A program made the translations under genes and the position numbers. Shown one piece after another: positions 27,901 through 43,000 of a stretch of DNA of 64,000 bases. Under the pieces are notes generated by a model. It saw only the letters and a program-made list of their open reading frames with translations. It made no database searches and was not told the origin of the DNA. Origin of the DNA: Eledone cirrhosa (Eukaryota); assembly GCA_964016885.1 (NCBI GenBank), contig OZ024740.1:13144001-13208000 (forward strand), written 5' to 3'. The first letter of the stretch is position 1, and every line of letters begins with the position of its first letter.

Positions 27901-30900
27901 TTTTAACACATATAGGTAGGTGTTGTAGTGTAGTGCTAGGTGAACCCAGAGTTTTAACACATACAGGTAGGTGTTGTAGGGTAGTGCTAGGTTAACCCAC
28001 AGTTTTAAGACATACAAGTAGGTGTTGTAGTGTAGTGCTAGATTAACCCAGAGTTTTAACACATACAGGTAGGTGTTGTAGTGTGGTGCTAGGTTAACCC
28101 TGAGTTTTAACACATACAGGTAGGTGTTGTAGTGTAGTGCTAGGTTAACCCAGAGTTTTAACACATACAGTTAGGTATTGTAGTGTAGTGCTAGGTTAAC
28201 CCAGAGTTTTAACACATACAGGTAGGTATTGTAGTGTAGTGCTAGGTTAACCCAGAGTTTTGACACATACAGGTAGGTGTTGTAGTGTAGTGTGGTGCTA
28301 GGTTAACCAAGAGTTTTAACACATAGAGGTAGGTGCTGTATTGTCGTGCTAGGTTAACCCAGAGTTTTAACAATATAAGCAGGTATTGTAGTGTAGTGCT
28401 AGGTTACACCAGAGTTTAACACATACAGGTAGGTGTTGTAGTGTAGTGCTAGGTTACCCCAGAGTTTTAACACATACAGGTAGGTATTGTAGTGTAGTGC
28501 TAGGTTAATCCTGAGTTTTAACGCATACAGGTAGGTGTTGTAGTGTAGTGCTACGTAAACCCTGAGTTTAACACATACAGGTAGGTGTTGTAGTGTAGTG
28601 CTAGGTTAACCCTGAGTTTTAACACATAGAGGTAGGTGTTGTAGTGTAATGTGGTGCTAGGTAAACCCTGAGTTTTAACACAAACAAATAGGTGTTGTAG
28701 TGTAGTGTGGTGCTAGGTAAATCCTTAGTTTTAACACATATAAGTAGGTGTTGTAGTGTAGTGCTAGGTTAACCCAGAGTTTTAGCAGATACAGTTAGGT
28801 GTTGTAGTGTAGTGTAGTTCTAGTTTAACACAGAGTTTTAACACATACAGGTAGGTGTTGTAGTGTAGTGTAGTGCTAGGTTAACCCAGAGTTTTAATAC
28901 ATACAGGTAGGTGTTGTAGTGTATTGCTAGGTTAACCCAGAGTTTAAACACATACAGGTAGGTGTTGTATTGTAGTGCTATGTTAACCCAGAGTTTTAAC
29001 ACATAGATGTAGGTGTTGTAGTGTAGTGCTAGGTTAACCCAGAGTTTTAACACATACAGGTAGGTATTGTAATGTAGTGCTAGGTTAACCAAGAGTTTTA
29101 ACACATACAGTAGGTATTGTTATGTAGTGCTAGGTTAACCCATAGTTTTAACACATATAGGTAGGTTTTGTAGTGTGGTGCTAGGTAAACCCAGAGTTTA
29201 ACACATACAGGTAGGTGTTGTAGTGTAGTGCTAGGTTAACCCTGAGTTTAACACATAGAGGTAGGTGTTGTAGTGTAGTACTAGGTTAACCCAGAGTTTT
29301 AACACCTACAGGTAGGTGTTGTAGTGTAGTGTGGTGCTAGGTAAACCCTGAGTTTTAAAACATACAGGTAGTTGTCGTATTGTAGTGTGGTGCTAGGTAA
29401 ATCCTGAGTTTTAACACATACAGGTAGGTATTGTAGTTTAGTGCTAGGTTAACCCAGAGTTTTAACACATAGAGGTAGGTGTTGTAGTGTAGTGCTAGGT
29501 TAACCCAGAGTTTTAACACATACAGGTAGGTGTTGTAGTGTAGTGCTAGATTAACCCACAGTTTTAAGACATACAAGTAGGTGTTGTAGTGTAGTGCTAG
29601 GTTAACCCAGAGTTTTAACACATACAGGTAGGTGTTGTAGTGTAGTGCTAGGTTAACCCAGAGTTTTAACACATACAGGTAGGTGTTGTAGTGTGGTGCT
29701 AGTTTAACCCAGAGTTTTAACTCATACAGGTAGGTATTGTGGTGTAGTGCTAGGTTAACCCAGAGTTTTAACACATACAGGTAGGTGTTGTAGTGTAGTG
29801 TGGTGCTAGGTTAACCAAGAGTTTTAACACATAGAGGTAGGTGTTGTATTGTCGTGCTAGGTTAACCCAGAGTTTTAACAATATAAGCAGGTATTGTAGT
29901 GTAGTGCTAGGTTAAACCAGAGCTTAACACATACAGGTAGGTGTTGTAGTGTAGTGCTAGGTTAACCCTGAGTTTTAACACATAGAGGTAGGTGTTGTAG
30001 TGTAATGTGGTGCTAGGTAAACCCTGTGTTTTAACACAAACAAATAGGTGTTGTAGTGTAGTGTGGTGCTAGGTAAATCCTTAGTTTTAACACATATAAG
30101 TAGGTGTTGTAGTGTAGTGCTAGGTTAACCCAGAGTTTTAGCAGATACAGTTAGGTGTTGTAGTGTAGTGTAGTTCTAGTTTAACACAGAGTTTTAACAC
30201 ATACAGGTCGGTGTTGTAGTGTAGTGCTAGGTTAACACAGAGTTTTAACACATACAGGTAGTTGTTGTAGTGTAGTGCTATGTTAACCCAGAGTTTTAAC
30301 ACATAGAGGTAGGTGTTGTAGTGTAGTGCTAGTTTAACCCAGAGTTTTAACACAAACAGGTAGGTATTGTAGTGTAGTACTAGGTTAAGCAAGAGTTTTA
30401 AAACATACAGGTAGGTGTTGTCGTGTAGTGCTACGTTAACCCAGAGTTTTAACTCATACAGGTAGGTATTGTAGTGTAGTGCTAGGTTAACCCAGAGTTT
30501 TAACACATACAGGTAGGTATTGTAATGCAGTGCTAGGTTAACCCAGAGTTTTAACACATACAGTAGGTATTGTAGTGTAGTGCTAGGTTAACCCTGAGTT
30601 TTAACACATACAGGTAGGTGTTGTAGTGTAGTGCTAGGTAAACCCTGAGTTTAACACATACAGGTAGGTGTTGTATTGTAGTGCTAGGTTAACCCAGAGT
30701 TTTAACACATACAGGTAGGTATTGTAGTGTAGTGCTAGGTTAACCCAGAGTTGTAACACATATAGGTAGGTATTGTAGTGTAGTGCTAGGATAACCCAGA
30801 GTTTTAACACATAAAGGTAGGTGTTGTATTGTAGTGCTAGGTTAACCCAGAGTTTTAACACATACAAGTAGGTGTCGTAGTTTAGTGTGGTGCTAGGTTA

Positions 30901-31000
30901 ACCCAGAGTTTTAACACTTACAGGTAGGTGTTGTAGTGTAGTGTTGTGCTAGGTTAACACAGAGTTTAACACATACAGGCAGGTGTTTAGTGTAGTCTGG
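25000..31000. repeat. Sub-domain B: transitional block with its own diagnostic variants; boundaries approximate
   Basis: TTTTAAAACATACAGGTAGTTG..GGTAAATCCTG (pseudo-ORFs ending TTTCMF at 25207, 27221, 27796, 29355), ACAAACAAAT (~27010, 28679, 30035) and GTATTGTCGTG (~28338, 29846) were seen only here. Confidence 0.7.
27070..28045. repeat. Local duplication with a 575-bp offset
   Basis: Pseudo-ORFs at 27221 and 27796 share the rare GGTGAACCCAG and GTAGGGTAGT variants (VHLA and LALPYN in translation). Confidence 0.8.
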
Positions 31001-34000
31001 TGCTAGGTAAACCCTGAGTTTTAACACATACAGGTAGGTATTGTAGTGTAGTGCTAGGTCAACCCAGAGTTTTAACACATACAGTAGGTATTGTAGTGTA
31101 GTGTGGTGCTAGGTAGACCCTGAGTTTTAACACATACAGGTAGGTATTGTAGTGTAGTACTAGGTTAACCCAGAGTTTTAACACATACAGTTAGGTGTTG
31201 TAGTGTAGTGATAGGTTAACCCAGATTTTTAACACATACAGTAGGTATTGTAGTGTAGTGCTAGGTTAACACAGAGTTTTAACACATACAGGTAGGTATT
31301 TTAGTGTAGTGCTAGGTTAACACAGAGTTTTAACACATACAGTAGGTATTGTAGTGTAGTGCTAGGTTAACCCAGAGTTTTGACACATACAGGTAGGTGT
31401 TGTAGTGTAGTGTGGTGCTAGGTTAACCAAGAGTTTTAACACATAGAGGTAGGTGTTTTAGTATAGTGCTAGGTTAACCCAGAGTTTTAACACATACAGG
31501 TAGGTGTTGTATTGTAGTGCTAGGTTAACCCAGAATTTTAACAATATAAGTAGGTATCGTAATGTAGTGCTAGTTTAACACAGAGATTTAACACATACAG
31601 ATAGGTATTGTAGTGTAGTGCTAGGTTAATCCTGAGTTTTAACGCATACAGGTAGGTGTTGTATTGTAGTGCTAGCTAAACCCTGAGTTTAACACATACA
31701 GGTAGGTGTTGTAGTGTAGTGCTAGGTTACCCCTGAGTTTTAACACATAGAGGTATGTGTTGTAGTGTAGTCCTAGGTTAACCCAGAGTTTTAACACATA
31801 CAGGTAGGTGTTGTAGTGTAGTGCTAGGTTAACCCAGAGTTTTAACACATACAGGTAGGTGTTGTAGTGTAGTGTGGTGCTAGGTTAACCCAGAGTTTTA
31901 ACACATACAGGTAGGTGTTGTAGTGTAGTGATAGGTTAACCCAGAGTTTTAACACATACAGGTAGGGATTGTAGTGTCGTGCTAGGTTAACCCAGAATTT
32001 TAACACATACAGGTAGGTATTGTAATGTAGTTTTAGGTTAACCCAGAGTTTTAACACATACAGGAAGGTGTTGTAATGTAGTGCCAGGTTAACCCAGAAT
32101 TTTAACACATACAGGTAGGTATTGTAATGTAGTGGTAGGTTAACCCAGAGTTTTAACACATACAGGTATGTATTGTAGTGTAGTGGTAGGTTAACCCAGA
32201 GTTTTAACACATAAAGGTAGGTGTTGTAGTGTAGTGCTAGGTTAACCCAGATTTTTAACACATACAGGTAGTTGTCGTAGTGTAGTGTGGTGCTAGGTTA
32301 ACCCAGAGTTTTAACACTTACAGGTAGGTGTTGTAGTGTAGTGTGGTGCCAGGTTAACCCAGAGTTTAACACATACAGGCAGGTGTTTAGTGTAGTGTGG
32401 TGCCAGGTAAACCCTGAGTTTTAACTCATACAGGTAGGTATCGTAGTGTAGTGCTAGGTAAACCCAGGGTTTTAACACATACAGCTAGGTATTGTAGTGT
32501 AGTGCTATGTTAACCCTGAGTTTTAACACATAAATGTAGGTGTTGTAGTGTAGTGCTAGGTTAACCCAGCGTTTTAACACATACAGGTAGTTGTTGTAGT
32601 GTAGTGTGGTGCTAGATTAACCCAGAGATTTAACACATACAGGTAGGTGTTGTAGTGTGGTGCTAGGTTAACCCAGAGTTTTAACACATACAGGTAGGTG
32701 TTGTAGTGTAGTGCTAGGTTAACTCTGCGTTTTAACACATACAGGTAGGTGTTGTAGTGTAGTGCTAGGTAAACACTGAGTTTAACACATACAGGTAGGT
32801 GTTGTATTGTAGTGCTAGGTTAACCCAGAGTTTTAACACATACAGGTAGGTATTGTAGTGTAGTGCTAGGTTAACCCAGAGTTTTAACAAATACAGGTAG
32901 GTATTGTAGTGTAGTGCTAGGTTAACACAGAGTTTTAACACATAAAGGTAGGTGTTGTAGTGTAGTGCTAGGTTAACCCAGAGTTTTAACACATACAGGT
33001 AGGTGTCGTAGTGTAGTGTGGTGCTAGGTTAACCCAGAGTTTTAACACTTACAGGTAGGTGTTGTAGTGTAGTGTGGTGCTAGGATAACCCGGAGTTTAA
33101 CACATTACGGCAGGTGTTTAGTGTAGTGTGGTGCTAGGTAAACCCTGAGTTTTAACTCATACAGGTAGGTATTGTAGTGTAGTGCTAGGTAAACCCAGTG
33201 TTTTAAAACGTACAGGTAGGTATTGTAGTATAGTGTGGTTCTAGTTAGACCCTGAATTTTAACACATACAGGTAGGTATTGTAGTGTAGTGCTAGGATAA
33301 CCCAGAGTTTTAACAGATAAAGGTAGGTGTTGTAGTGTAGTGTGGTGCTAGGTTAACCCAGAGTTTTAACACTTACAGGTAGGTGTTGTAGTGTAGTGTG
33401 GTGCTAGGTTAACCCAGAGTTTAACACATACAGGCAGGTGTTTAGTGTAGTGTGGTGCTAGGTAAACATTGAGTTTTAACACATACAGGTAGGTATTGTA
33501 GTGTAGTACTAGGTTAACCCAGAGTTTTAACACATACAGTTAGGTGTTGTAGTGTAGTGCTAGGTTAACCCAGAGTTTTAACACATACAGTAGGTATTGT
33601 AGTGTAGTGTGGTGCTAGGTAGACCCTGAGTTTTAACACATACAGTTAGGTGTTGTAGTGTAGTGCTAGGTTAACCCAGAGTTTTAACACATTCAGTAGT
33701 TATTGTAGTGTAGTGCTAGGTTAACACAGAGTTTTAACACATACAGGTAGGTGTTTTAGTGTAGTGCTAGGTTAACTCAGAGTTTTAACACATAGAGGTA
33801 GGTGTTTTAGTATAGTGCTAGGTTAACTCAGAGTTTTAACACATACAGGTAGGTGTTGTATTGTAGTGCTAGGTTAACCCAGAATTTTAACAATATATGT
33901 AGGTATTGTAGTGTAGTGCTAGGTTAACCCAGAGATTTAACACATACAGGTCGGTATTGTAGTGTAGTGCTAGGTTAATCTTGAGTTTTAACGCATACAG

Positions 34001-37000
34001 GTAGGTGTTGTAGTGTAGTGCTAGGTAAACCCTGAGTTTAACACATACAGATAGGTGTTGTAGTGTAGTGCTAGGTTACCCCTGAGTTTTAACACATAGA
34101 GGTATGTGTTGTAGTGTAGTGCTAGGTTAACCCAGAGTTTTAACACATACAGGTAGGTGTTGTAGTGTAGTGCTTGGTTAACCCAGAGTTTTAACACATA
34201 CAGATAGGTGTTGTAGTGTAGTGTGGTGCTAGGTTAACCCAGAGTTTTAACACATACAGGTAGGTGTTGTAGTGTAGTGATAGGTTAACCCAGAGTTTTA
34301 ACACATACAGGTCGGTATTGTAGTGTAGTGCTAGGTTAATCTTGAGTTTTAACGCATACAGGTAGGTGTTGTAGTGTAGTGCTAGGTAAACCCTGAGTTT
34401 AACACATACAGGTAGGGATTGTAGAATCGTGCTAGGTTAACCCAGAGTTTTAACACATACAGGTAGGTATTGTAATGTAGTTCTAGGTTAACCCAGAGTT
34501 TAACACATACAGGAAGGTGTTGTAGTGTAGTGCCAGGTTAACCCAGAGTTTTACCACATACAGGTAAGTGTTGTAGTGTAGTGCAAGCTTAATCCAGAGT
34601 TTTACCACATACAGGTAGGTGTTGTATTGTAGTGCTAGGTTAACCCAGAGTTTTAACACATACAGGTAGGTATTGTAATGTAGTGGTAGGTTAACCCAGA
34701 GGTTTAACACATACAGGTAGGTATTGTAGTGTAGTGCTAGGTTAACCCAGAGTTTTAACACATAAAGGTAGGTGTTGTAGCGTAGTGCTAGGTTAACACA
34801 GAGTTTTAACACTTACAGGTAGGTGTTGTAGTGTAGTGTGGTGCTAGGTTAACCCAGAGTTTAACACATACAGGCAGGTGTTTAGTGTAGTGTGGTGCTA
34901 GGTAAACCCTGAGTTTTAACTCATACAGGTAGGTATTGTAGTGTAGTGCTAGGTAAACCTTGGGTTTTAACACATACAGGTAGGTATTATAGTGTAGTGC
35001 TATGTTAACCCAGAGTTTTAACACATACAGGTAGGTATTGTAGTGTAGTGCTATGTTACCCCAGAGTTTTAACACATACAGGTAGGTATTGTAGTGTAGT
35101 GCTAGGTTAATCCTGAGTTTTAACGCATACAGATAGGTGTTGTAGTGTAGTGCTAGGTAAACCGTGAGTTTAACACATACAGGTAGGTGTTGTAGTGTAG
35201 TGCTAGGTTAACCCTGAGTTTTAACACATAGAGGTATGTTTTGTAGTGTAGTGCTAGGTTAACCCTGAGTTTTAACACATAAATGTAGTGTTGTAGTGTA
35301 GTGCTAGGTTAACCCAGAGTTTTAACACATACAGGTAGGTGTTGTAGTGTAGTGTGGTGCTAGATTAACCCAGAGTTTTAACACCTACAAGTAGGTGTTG
35401 TAGTGTGGTGCTAGGTTAACCCAAAGTTTTAACACATACAGGTAGGTGTTGTAGTGTAGTGCTAGGTTAACTCTGAGTTTTAACACATACAGGTAGGTGT
35501 TGTAGTGTAGTGCTAGGTAAACCCTGAGTTTAACACATACAGGTAGGTGTTGTATTGTAGTGCTAGGTTAACCCAGAGTTTTAACACATACAGGTAGGTA
35601 TTGTAGTGTAGTGCTAGGTTAACCCAGAGTTTTAACACATACAGGTAGGTTTTGTAGTGTAGTGCTAGGTTAACCCAGAGTTTTAACACATAAAGGTAGG
35701 TGTTGTAGTGTAGTGCTATGTTAACCCAGAGTTTTAACACATACAGGTAGGTGTCGTAGTGTAGTGTGGTGCTAGGTTAACCCAGAGTTTTAACACTTAC
35801 AGGTAGGTGTTGTAGTGTAGTGTGGTGCTAGGTTAACCCGGAGTTTAATACATTACGGCAGGTGTTTAGTGTAGTGTGGTGCTAGGTAAACCCTGAGTTT
35901 TAACACATACAGGTAGGTATTGTAGTGTAGTGCTAGATAAACCCAGTGTTTTAACACGTACAGGTAGGTATTGTAGTGTAGTGTGGTGCTAGGTAGACCC
36001 TGAGTTTTAACACATAGAGGTAGGTATTGTAGTGTAGTACTAGGTTAACCCAGAGTTTTAACACATACAGTTAGGTGTTGTAGTGTAGTGCTAGGTTAAC
36101 CCAGAGTTTTAACACATACAGTAGGTATTGTAGTGTAGTGCTAGGTTAACACAGAGTTTTAACACATACAGGTAGGTATTTTAGTGTAGTGCTAGGTTAA
36201 CACAGAGTTTTAACACATACAGTAGGTATTGTAGTGTAGTGCTAGGTTAACCCAGAGTTTGACACATACAGGTAGGTGTTGTAGTGTAGTGTGGTGCTAG
36301 GTTAACCAAGAGTTTTAACACATAGAGGTAGGTGTTTTAGTGTAGTGCTAGGTTAACCCAGAGTTTTAACATATGCAGGTAGGTGTTGTATTGTAGTGCT
36401 AGGTTAACCCAGAATTTTAACAATATAAGTAGGTATTGTAGTGTAGTACTAGGTTAACCCAGAGTTTAACACATACAGGTAGGTGTTGTAGTGTAGTGCT
36501 AGGTTACCCCAGAGATTTAACACATACAGGTAGGTATTGTAGTGTAGTGCTAGGTTAATCCTGAGTTTTAACGCATACAGGTAGGTGTTGTAGTGTAGTG
36601 CTAGGTTAACCCAGAGTAATAACACATACAGGTAGGTGGTGTAGTGTAGTGCTAGGTTAACCCAGAGTTTTAACACATACAGGTAGGGATTGTAGTGTAG
36701 TGCTAGGTTAACCCAGAATTTTAACACATACAGGTAGGTTTTGTAATGTAGTTCTAGGTTAACTCAGAGTTTTAACACATACAGGTAAGTGTTGTAGTGT
36801 AGTGCTAGGTTAACCCAGAGTTTTAACACATACAGGTAGTTGTCGTAGTGTAGTGTGGTGCTAGGTTAACCCGGAGTTTTAACACTTACAGGTAGGTGTT
36901 GTAGTGTAGTGTGGTGCTAGGTTAACCCAGAGTTTAACACATACAGGCAGGTGTTTAGTGTAGTGTGGTCCTAGGTAAACCCTGAGTTTTAACTCATACA

Positions 37001-40000
37001 GGTAGGTATTGTAGTGTAGTGCTAGGTAAACCCAGTGTTTTAACACATACAGTTAGGTGTTGTAGTGTAGTGCTAGGTTAACCCAGAGTTTTAACACATA
37101 CAGGTAGGTGTTATAGTGTAGTGTGGTGCTAGGTAAACCCTGAGTTTTAACATACACAAGAAGGTGTTGCAGTGTAGTGTCGTGCTAGGTAAATCCTTAG
37201 TTTTAACACATATAAGTAGGTGTTGTAGTATAGTTCTAGGTTAACCCAGAGTTTTAGCAGATACATTTAGGTGTTGTAGTGTAGTGTAGTTCTAGTTTAA
37301 CACAGAGTTTTAACACATACAGGTACGTGTTGTAGTGTAGTGTAGTGCTAGGTTAACCCAGAGTTTTAATACATACAGATAGGTGTTGTAGTGTATTGCT
37401 AGGTTAACCCAGAGTTTTAACACATACAGGTATGTATTGTAATGTAGTTCTAGGTTAACCCAGAGTTTTAACACATACAGGTAGGTGTTGTAGTGTAGTG
37501 TGGTGCTAGGTTAACCCAGTGTTTAACACATACAGGCAGGTGTTTAGTGTAGTGTGGTGCTAGGTAAACATTGAGTTTTAACACATACAGGTAGGTATTG
37601 TAGTGTAGTACTAGGTTAACCCAGAGTTTTAACACATACAGTTATGTGTTGTAGTGTAGTGCTAGGTTAACCCAGAGTTTTAACACATACGTAGGTATTG
37701 TAGTGTAGTGTGGTGCTAGGTAGACCTTGAGTTTTAACACATACAGGTAGGTATTGTAGTGTAGTACTAGGTTAACCCAGAGTTTTAACACATACAGTTA
37801 GGTGTTGTAGTGTAGTGCTAGGTTAACCCAGAGTTTTAACACATTCAGTAGGTATTGTAGTGTAGTGCTAGGTTAACACAGAGTTTTAACACATACAGGT
37901 AGGTGTTTTAGTGTAGTGCTAGGTTAACACAGAGTTTTAACACATACAGTAGGTATTGTAGTGTAGTGCTAGGGTAACCCAGAGTTTTGACACATACAAG
38001 TAGGTGTTGTAGTGTAGTGTGGTGCTAGGTTAACCAAGAGTTTTAACACATAGAGGTAGGTGTTTTAGTATAGTGCTAGGTTAACTCAGAGTTTTAACAC
38101 ATACAGGTAGGTGTTGTATTGTAGTGCTAGGTTAAGCCAGAATTTTAACAATATATGTAGGTATTGTAGTGTAGTGCTAGGTTAACCCAGAGATTTAACA
38201 CATACAGGTCGGTATTGTAGTGTAGTGCTAGGTTAATCTTGAGTTTTAACGCATACAGGTAGGTGTTGTAGTGTAGTGCTAGGTAAACCCTGAGTTTAAC
38301 ACATACAGATAGGTGTTGTAGTGTAGTGCTAGGTTACCCCTGAGTTTTAACACATAGAGGTATGTGTTGTAGTGTAGTGCTAGGTTAACCCAGAGTTTTA
38401 ACACATACAGGTAGGTGTTGTAGTGTAGTGCTAGGTTAACCCAGAGTTTTAACACATACAGGTAGGTGTTGTAGTGTAGTGTGGTGCTAGGTTAACCCAG
38501 AGTTTTAACACATACAGGTAGGTGTTGTAGTGTAGTGATAGGTTAACCCAGAGATTTAACACATACAGGTCGGTATTGTAGTGTAGTGCTAGGTTAATCT
38601 TGAGTTTTAACGCATACAGGTACGTGTTGTAGTGTAGTGCTAGGTAAACCCTGAGTTTAACACATACAGGTAGGGATTGTAGTGTCGTGCTAGGTTAACC
38701 CAGAGTTTTAACACATACAGGTAGGTATTGTAATGTAGTTCTAGGTTAACCCAGAGTTTTAACACATACAGGAAGGTGTTGTAGTGTAGTGCCAGGTTAA
38801 CCCAGAGTTTTACCACATACAGGTAAGTGTTGTAGTGTAGTGCAAGCTTAATCCAGAGTTTTACCACATACAGGTAGGTGTTGTATTGTAGTGCTAGGTT
38901 AACCCAGAGTTTTAACACATACAGGTAGGTATTGTAATGTAGTGGTAGGTTAACCCAGAGGTTTAACACATACAGGTAGGTATTGTAGTGTAGTGCTAGG
39001 TTAACCCAGAGTTTTAACACATAAAGGTAGGTGTTGTAGCGTAGTGCTAGATTAACCCAGAGTTTTAACACATGCAGGTAGTTGTCGTAGTGTAGTGTGG
39101 TGCTAGGTTAACACAGAGTTTTAACACTTACAGGCAGGTGTTGTAGTGTAGTGTGGTGCTAGGTTAACCCAGAGTTTAACACATACAGGCAGGTGTTTAG
39201 TGTAGTGTGGTGCTAGGTAAACCCTGAGTTTTAACTCATACAGGTAGGTATTGTAGTGTAGTGCTAGGTAAACCCAGGGTTTTAACACATACAGGTAGGT
39301 ATTGTAGTGTAGTGCTATGTTAACCCAGAGTTTTAACACATACAGGTAGGTATTGTAGTGTAGTGCTATGTTACCCCAGAGTTTTAACACATACAGGTAG
39401 GTATTGTAGTGTAGTGCTAGGTTAATCCTGAGTTTTAACGCATACAGATAGGTGTTGTAGTGTAGTGCTAGGTAAACCCTGAGTTTAACACATACAGGTA
39501 GGTGTTGTAGTGTAGTGCTAGGTTAACCCTGAGTTTTAACACATAGAGGTATGTCTTGTAGTGTAGTGCTAGGTTAACCCTGAGTTTTAACACATAAATG
39601 TAGGTGTTGTAGTGTAGTGCTAGGTTAACCCAGAGTTTTAACACATACAGGTAGGTGTTGTAGTGTAGTGTGGTGCTAGATTAACCCAGAGTTTTAACAC
39701 ATACAAGTAGGTGTTGTAGTGTGGTGCTAGGTTAACCCAGAGTTTTAACACATACAGGTAGGTGTTGTAGTGTAGTGTTAGGTAAACCCTGAGTTTAACA
39801 CATACAGGTAGGTGTTGTATTGTAGTGCTAGGTTAACCCAGAGTTTTAACACATACAGGTAGGTATTGTAGTGTAGTGCTAGGTTAACCCAGAGTTTTAA
39901 CACGTACAGGTAGGTATTGTAGTGTAGTGTGGTGCTAGGTAGACCCTGAGTTTTAACACATAGAGGTAGGTATTGTAGTGTAGTACTAGGTTAACCCAGA

Positions 40001-43000
40001 GTTTTAACACATACAGTTAGGTGTTGTAGTGTAGTGCTAGGTTAACCCAGAGTTTTAACACATACAGTAGGTATTGTAGTGTAGTGCTAGGTTAACACAG
40101 AGTTTTAACACATACAGGTAGGTATTTTAGTGTAGTGCTAGGTTAACACAGAGTTTTAACACATACAGTAGGTATTGTAGTGTAGTGCTAGGTTAACCCA
40201 GAGTTTGACACATACAGGTAGGTGTTGTAGTGTAGTGTGGTGCTAGGTTAACCCAGAATTTTAACAATATAAGTAGGTATTGTAGTGTAGTGCTAGGTTA
40301 ACCCAGAGTTTAACACATACAGGTAGGTGTTGTAGTGTAGTGCTAGGTTACCCCAGTGATTTAACACATACAGGTAGGTATTGTAGTGTAGTGCTAGGTT
40401 AATCCTGAGTTTTAACGCATACAGGTAGGTGTTGTAGTTTAGTGCTAGGTAAACCCTGAGTTTAACACATACAGGCAGGTGTTGTATTGTAGTGCTAGGT
40501 TACCCCTGAGTTTTAACACATAGAGGTATGTGTTGTAGTGTAGTGCTAGGTTAACCCAGAGTTTTAACACATACAGGTAGGTGTTGTAGTGTAGTGCTAG
40601 GTTAACCCAGAATTTTAACACATACAGGTAGGTATTGTAATGTAGTTCTAAGTTAACCCAGAGTTTTAACACATACAGGTAAGTGTTGTAGTGTAGTGCT
40701 AGGTTAACCCAGAGTTTTAACACATACAGGTAGTTGTCGTAGTGTAGTGTGGTGCTAGGTTAACCCGGAGTTTTAACACTTACAGGTAGGTGTTGTAGTG
40801 TAGTGTGGTGCTAGGTTAACCCAGAGTTTAACACATACAGGCAGGTGTTTAGTGTAGTGTGGTCCTAGGTAAACCCTGAGTTTTAACTCATACAGGTAGG
40901 TATTGTAGTGTAGTGCTAGGTAAACCCAGTGTTTTAACACATACAGTTAGGTGTTGTAGTGTAGTGCTAGGTTAACCCAGAGTTTTAACACATACAGGTA
41001 GGTGTTATAGTGTAGTGTGGTGCTAGGTAAACCCTGAGTTTTAACATACACAAGTAGGTGTTGCAGTGTTGTGTCGTGCTAGATAAATCCTTAGTTTTAA
41101 CACATATAAGTAGGTGTTGTAGTATAGTTCTAGGTTAACACAGAGTTTTAGCAGATACAGTTAAGTGTTGTAGTGTAGTGTAGTTCTAGTTTAACACAGA
41201 GTTTTAACACATACAGGTAGGTGTTGTAGTGTAGTGTAGTGCTAGGTTAACCCAGAGTTTTAATACATACAGATAGGTGTTGTAGTGTATTGCTAGGTTA
41301 ACCCAGACTTTTAACACATACAGGTAGGTATTGTAATGTAGTTCTAGGTTAACCCAGAGTTTTAACACATACAGGAAGGTGTTGTAGTGTAGTGCCTGGT
41401 TAACCCAGAGTTTTACCACATACAGGTAAGTGTTGTAGTGTAGTGCAAGCTTAATCCAGAGTTTTACCACATACAGGTAGGTGTTGTATTGTAGTGCTAG
41501 GTTAACCCAGAGTTTTAACACATACAGGTAGGTATTGTAATGTAGTGGTAGGTTAATCCAGAGGTTTAACACATACAGGTAGGTATTGTAGTGTAGTGCT
41601 AGGTTAACCCAGAGTTTTAACACATAAAGGTAGGTGTTGTAGCGTAGTGCTAGATTAACCCAGAGTTTTAACACATGCAGGTAGTTGTCGTAGTGTAGTG
41701 TGGTGCTAGGTTAACACAGAGTTTTAACACTTACAGGTAGGTGTTGTAGTGTAGTGTGGTGCTAGGTTAACCCAGAGTTTAACACATACAGGCAGGTGTT
41801 TAGTGTAGTGTGGTGCTAGGTAAACCCTGAGTTTTAACTCATACAGGTAGGTATTGTAGTGTAGTGCTAGGTAAATCCAGGGTTTTAACACATACAGGTA
41901 GGTATTGTAGTGTAGTGCTATGTTAACCCAGAGTTTTAACACATACAGGTAGGTATTGTAGTGTAGTGCTATGTTACCCCAGAGTTTTAACACATACAGG
42001 TAGGTATTGTAGTGTAGTGCTAGGTTAATCCTGAGTTTTAACGCATACAGATAGGTGTTGTAGTTTAGTGCTAGGTAAACCCTGAGTTTAACACATACAG
42101 GTAGGTGTTGTAGTGTAGTGCTAGGTTAACCCTGAGTTTTAACACATAGAGGTATGTCTTGTAGTGTAGTGCTAGGTTAACCCTGAGTTTTAACACATAA
42201 ATGTAGGTGTTGTAGTGTAGTGCTAGGTTAACCCAGAGTTTTAACACATACAGGTAGGTGTTGTAGTGTAGTGTGGTGCTAGATTAACCCAGAGTTTTAA
42301 CACATACAAGTAGGTGTTGTAGTGTGGTGCTAGGTTAACCCAGAGTTTTAACACATACAGGTAGGTGATGTAGTGTAGTGCTAGGTTAACTCTGAGTTTT
42401 AACACATACAGGTAGGTGTTGTAGTGTAGTGCTAGGTAAACCCTGAGTTTAACACATACAGGTAGGTGTTGTATTGTAGTGCTAGATTAACCCAGAGTTT
42501 TAACAGATACAGGTAGGTATTGTAGTGTAGTGCTAGGTTAACCCAGAGTTTTAACACATACAGGTAGGTTTTGTAGTGTAGTGCTAGGTTAACCCAGTGT
42601 TTTAACACATAAAGATAGGTATTGTAGTGTAGTGCTATGTTAACCCAGAGTTTTAACACATACAGGTAGGTGTTGTAGTGTAGTGTGGTGCTAGGTTAAC
42701 CCGGAGTTTAACACATTACGGCAGGTGTTTAGTGTAGTGTGGTGCTAGGTAAACCCTGAGTTTTAACTCATACAGGTAGGTATTGTAGTGTAGTGCTAGA
42801 TAAACCCAGTGTTTTAACACGTACAGGCAGGTATTGTAGTGTAGTGTGGTGCTAGGTAGACCCTGAGTTTTAACACATAGAGGTAGGTATTGTAGTGTAG
42901 TACTAGGTTAACCCAGAGTTTTAACACATACAGTTAGGTGTTGTAGTGTAGTGCTAGGTTAACCCAGAGTTTTAACACATACAGTAGGTATTGTAGTGTA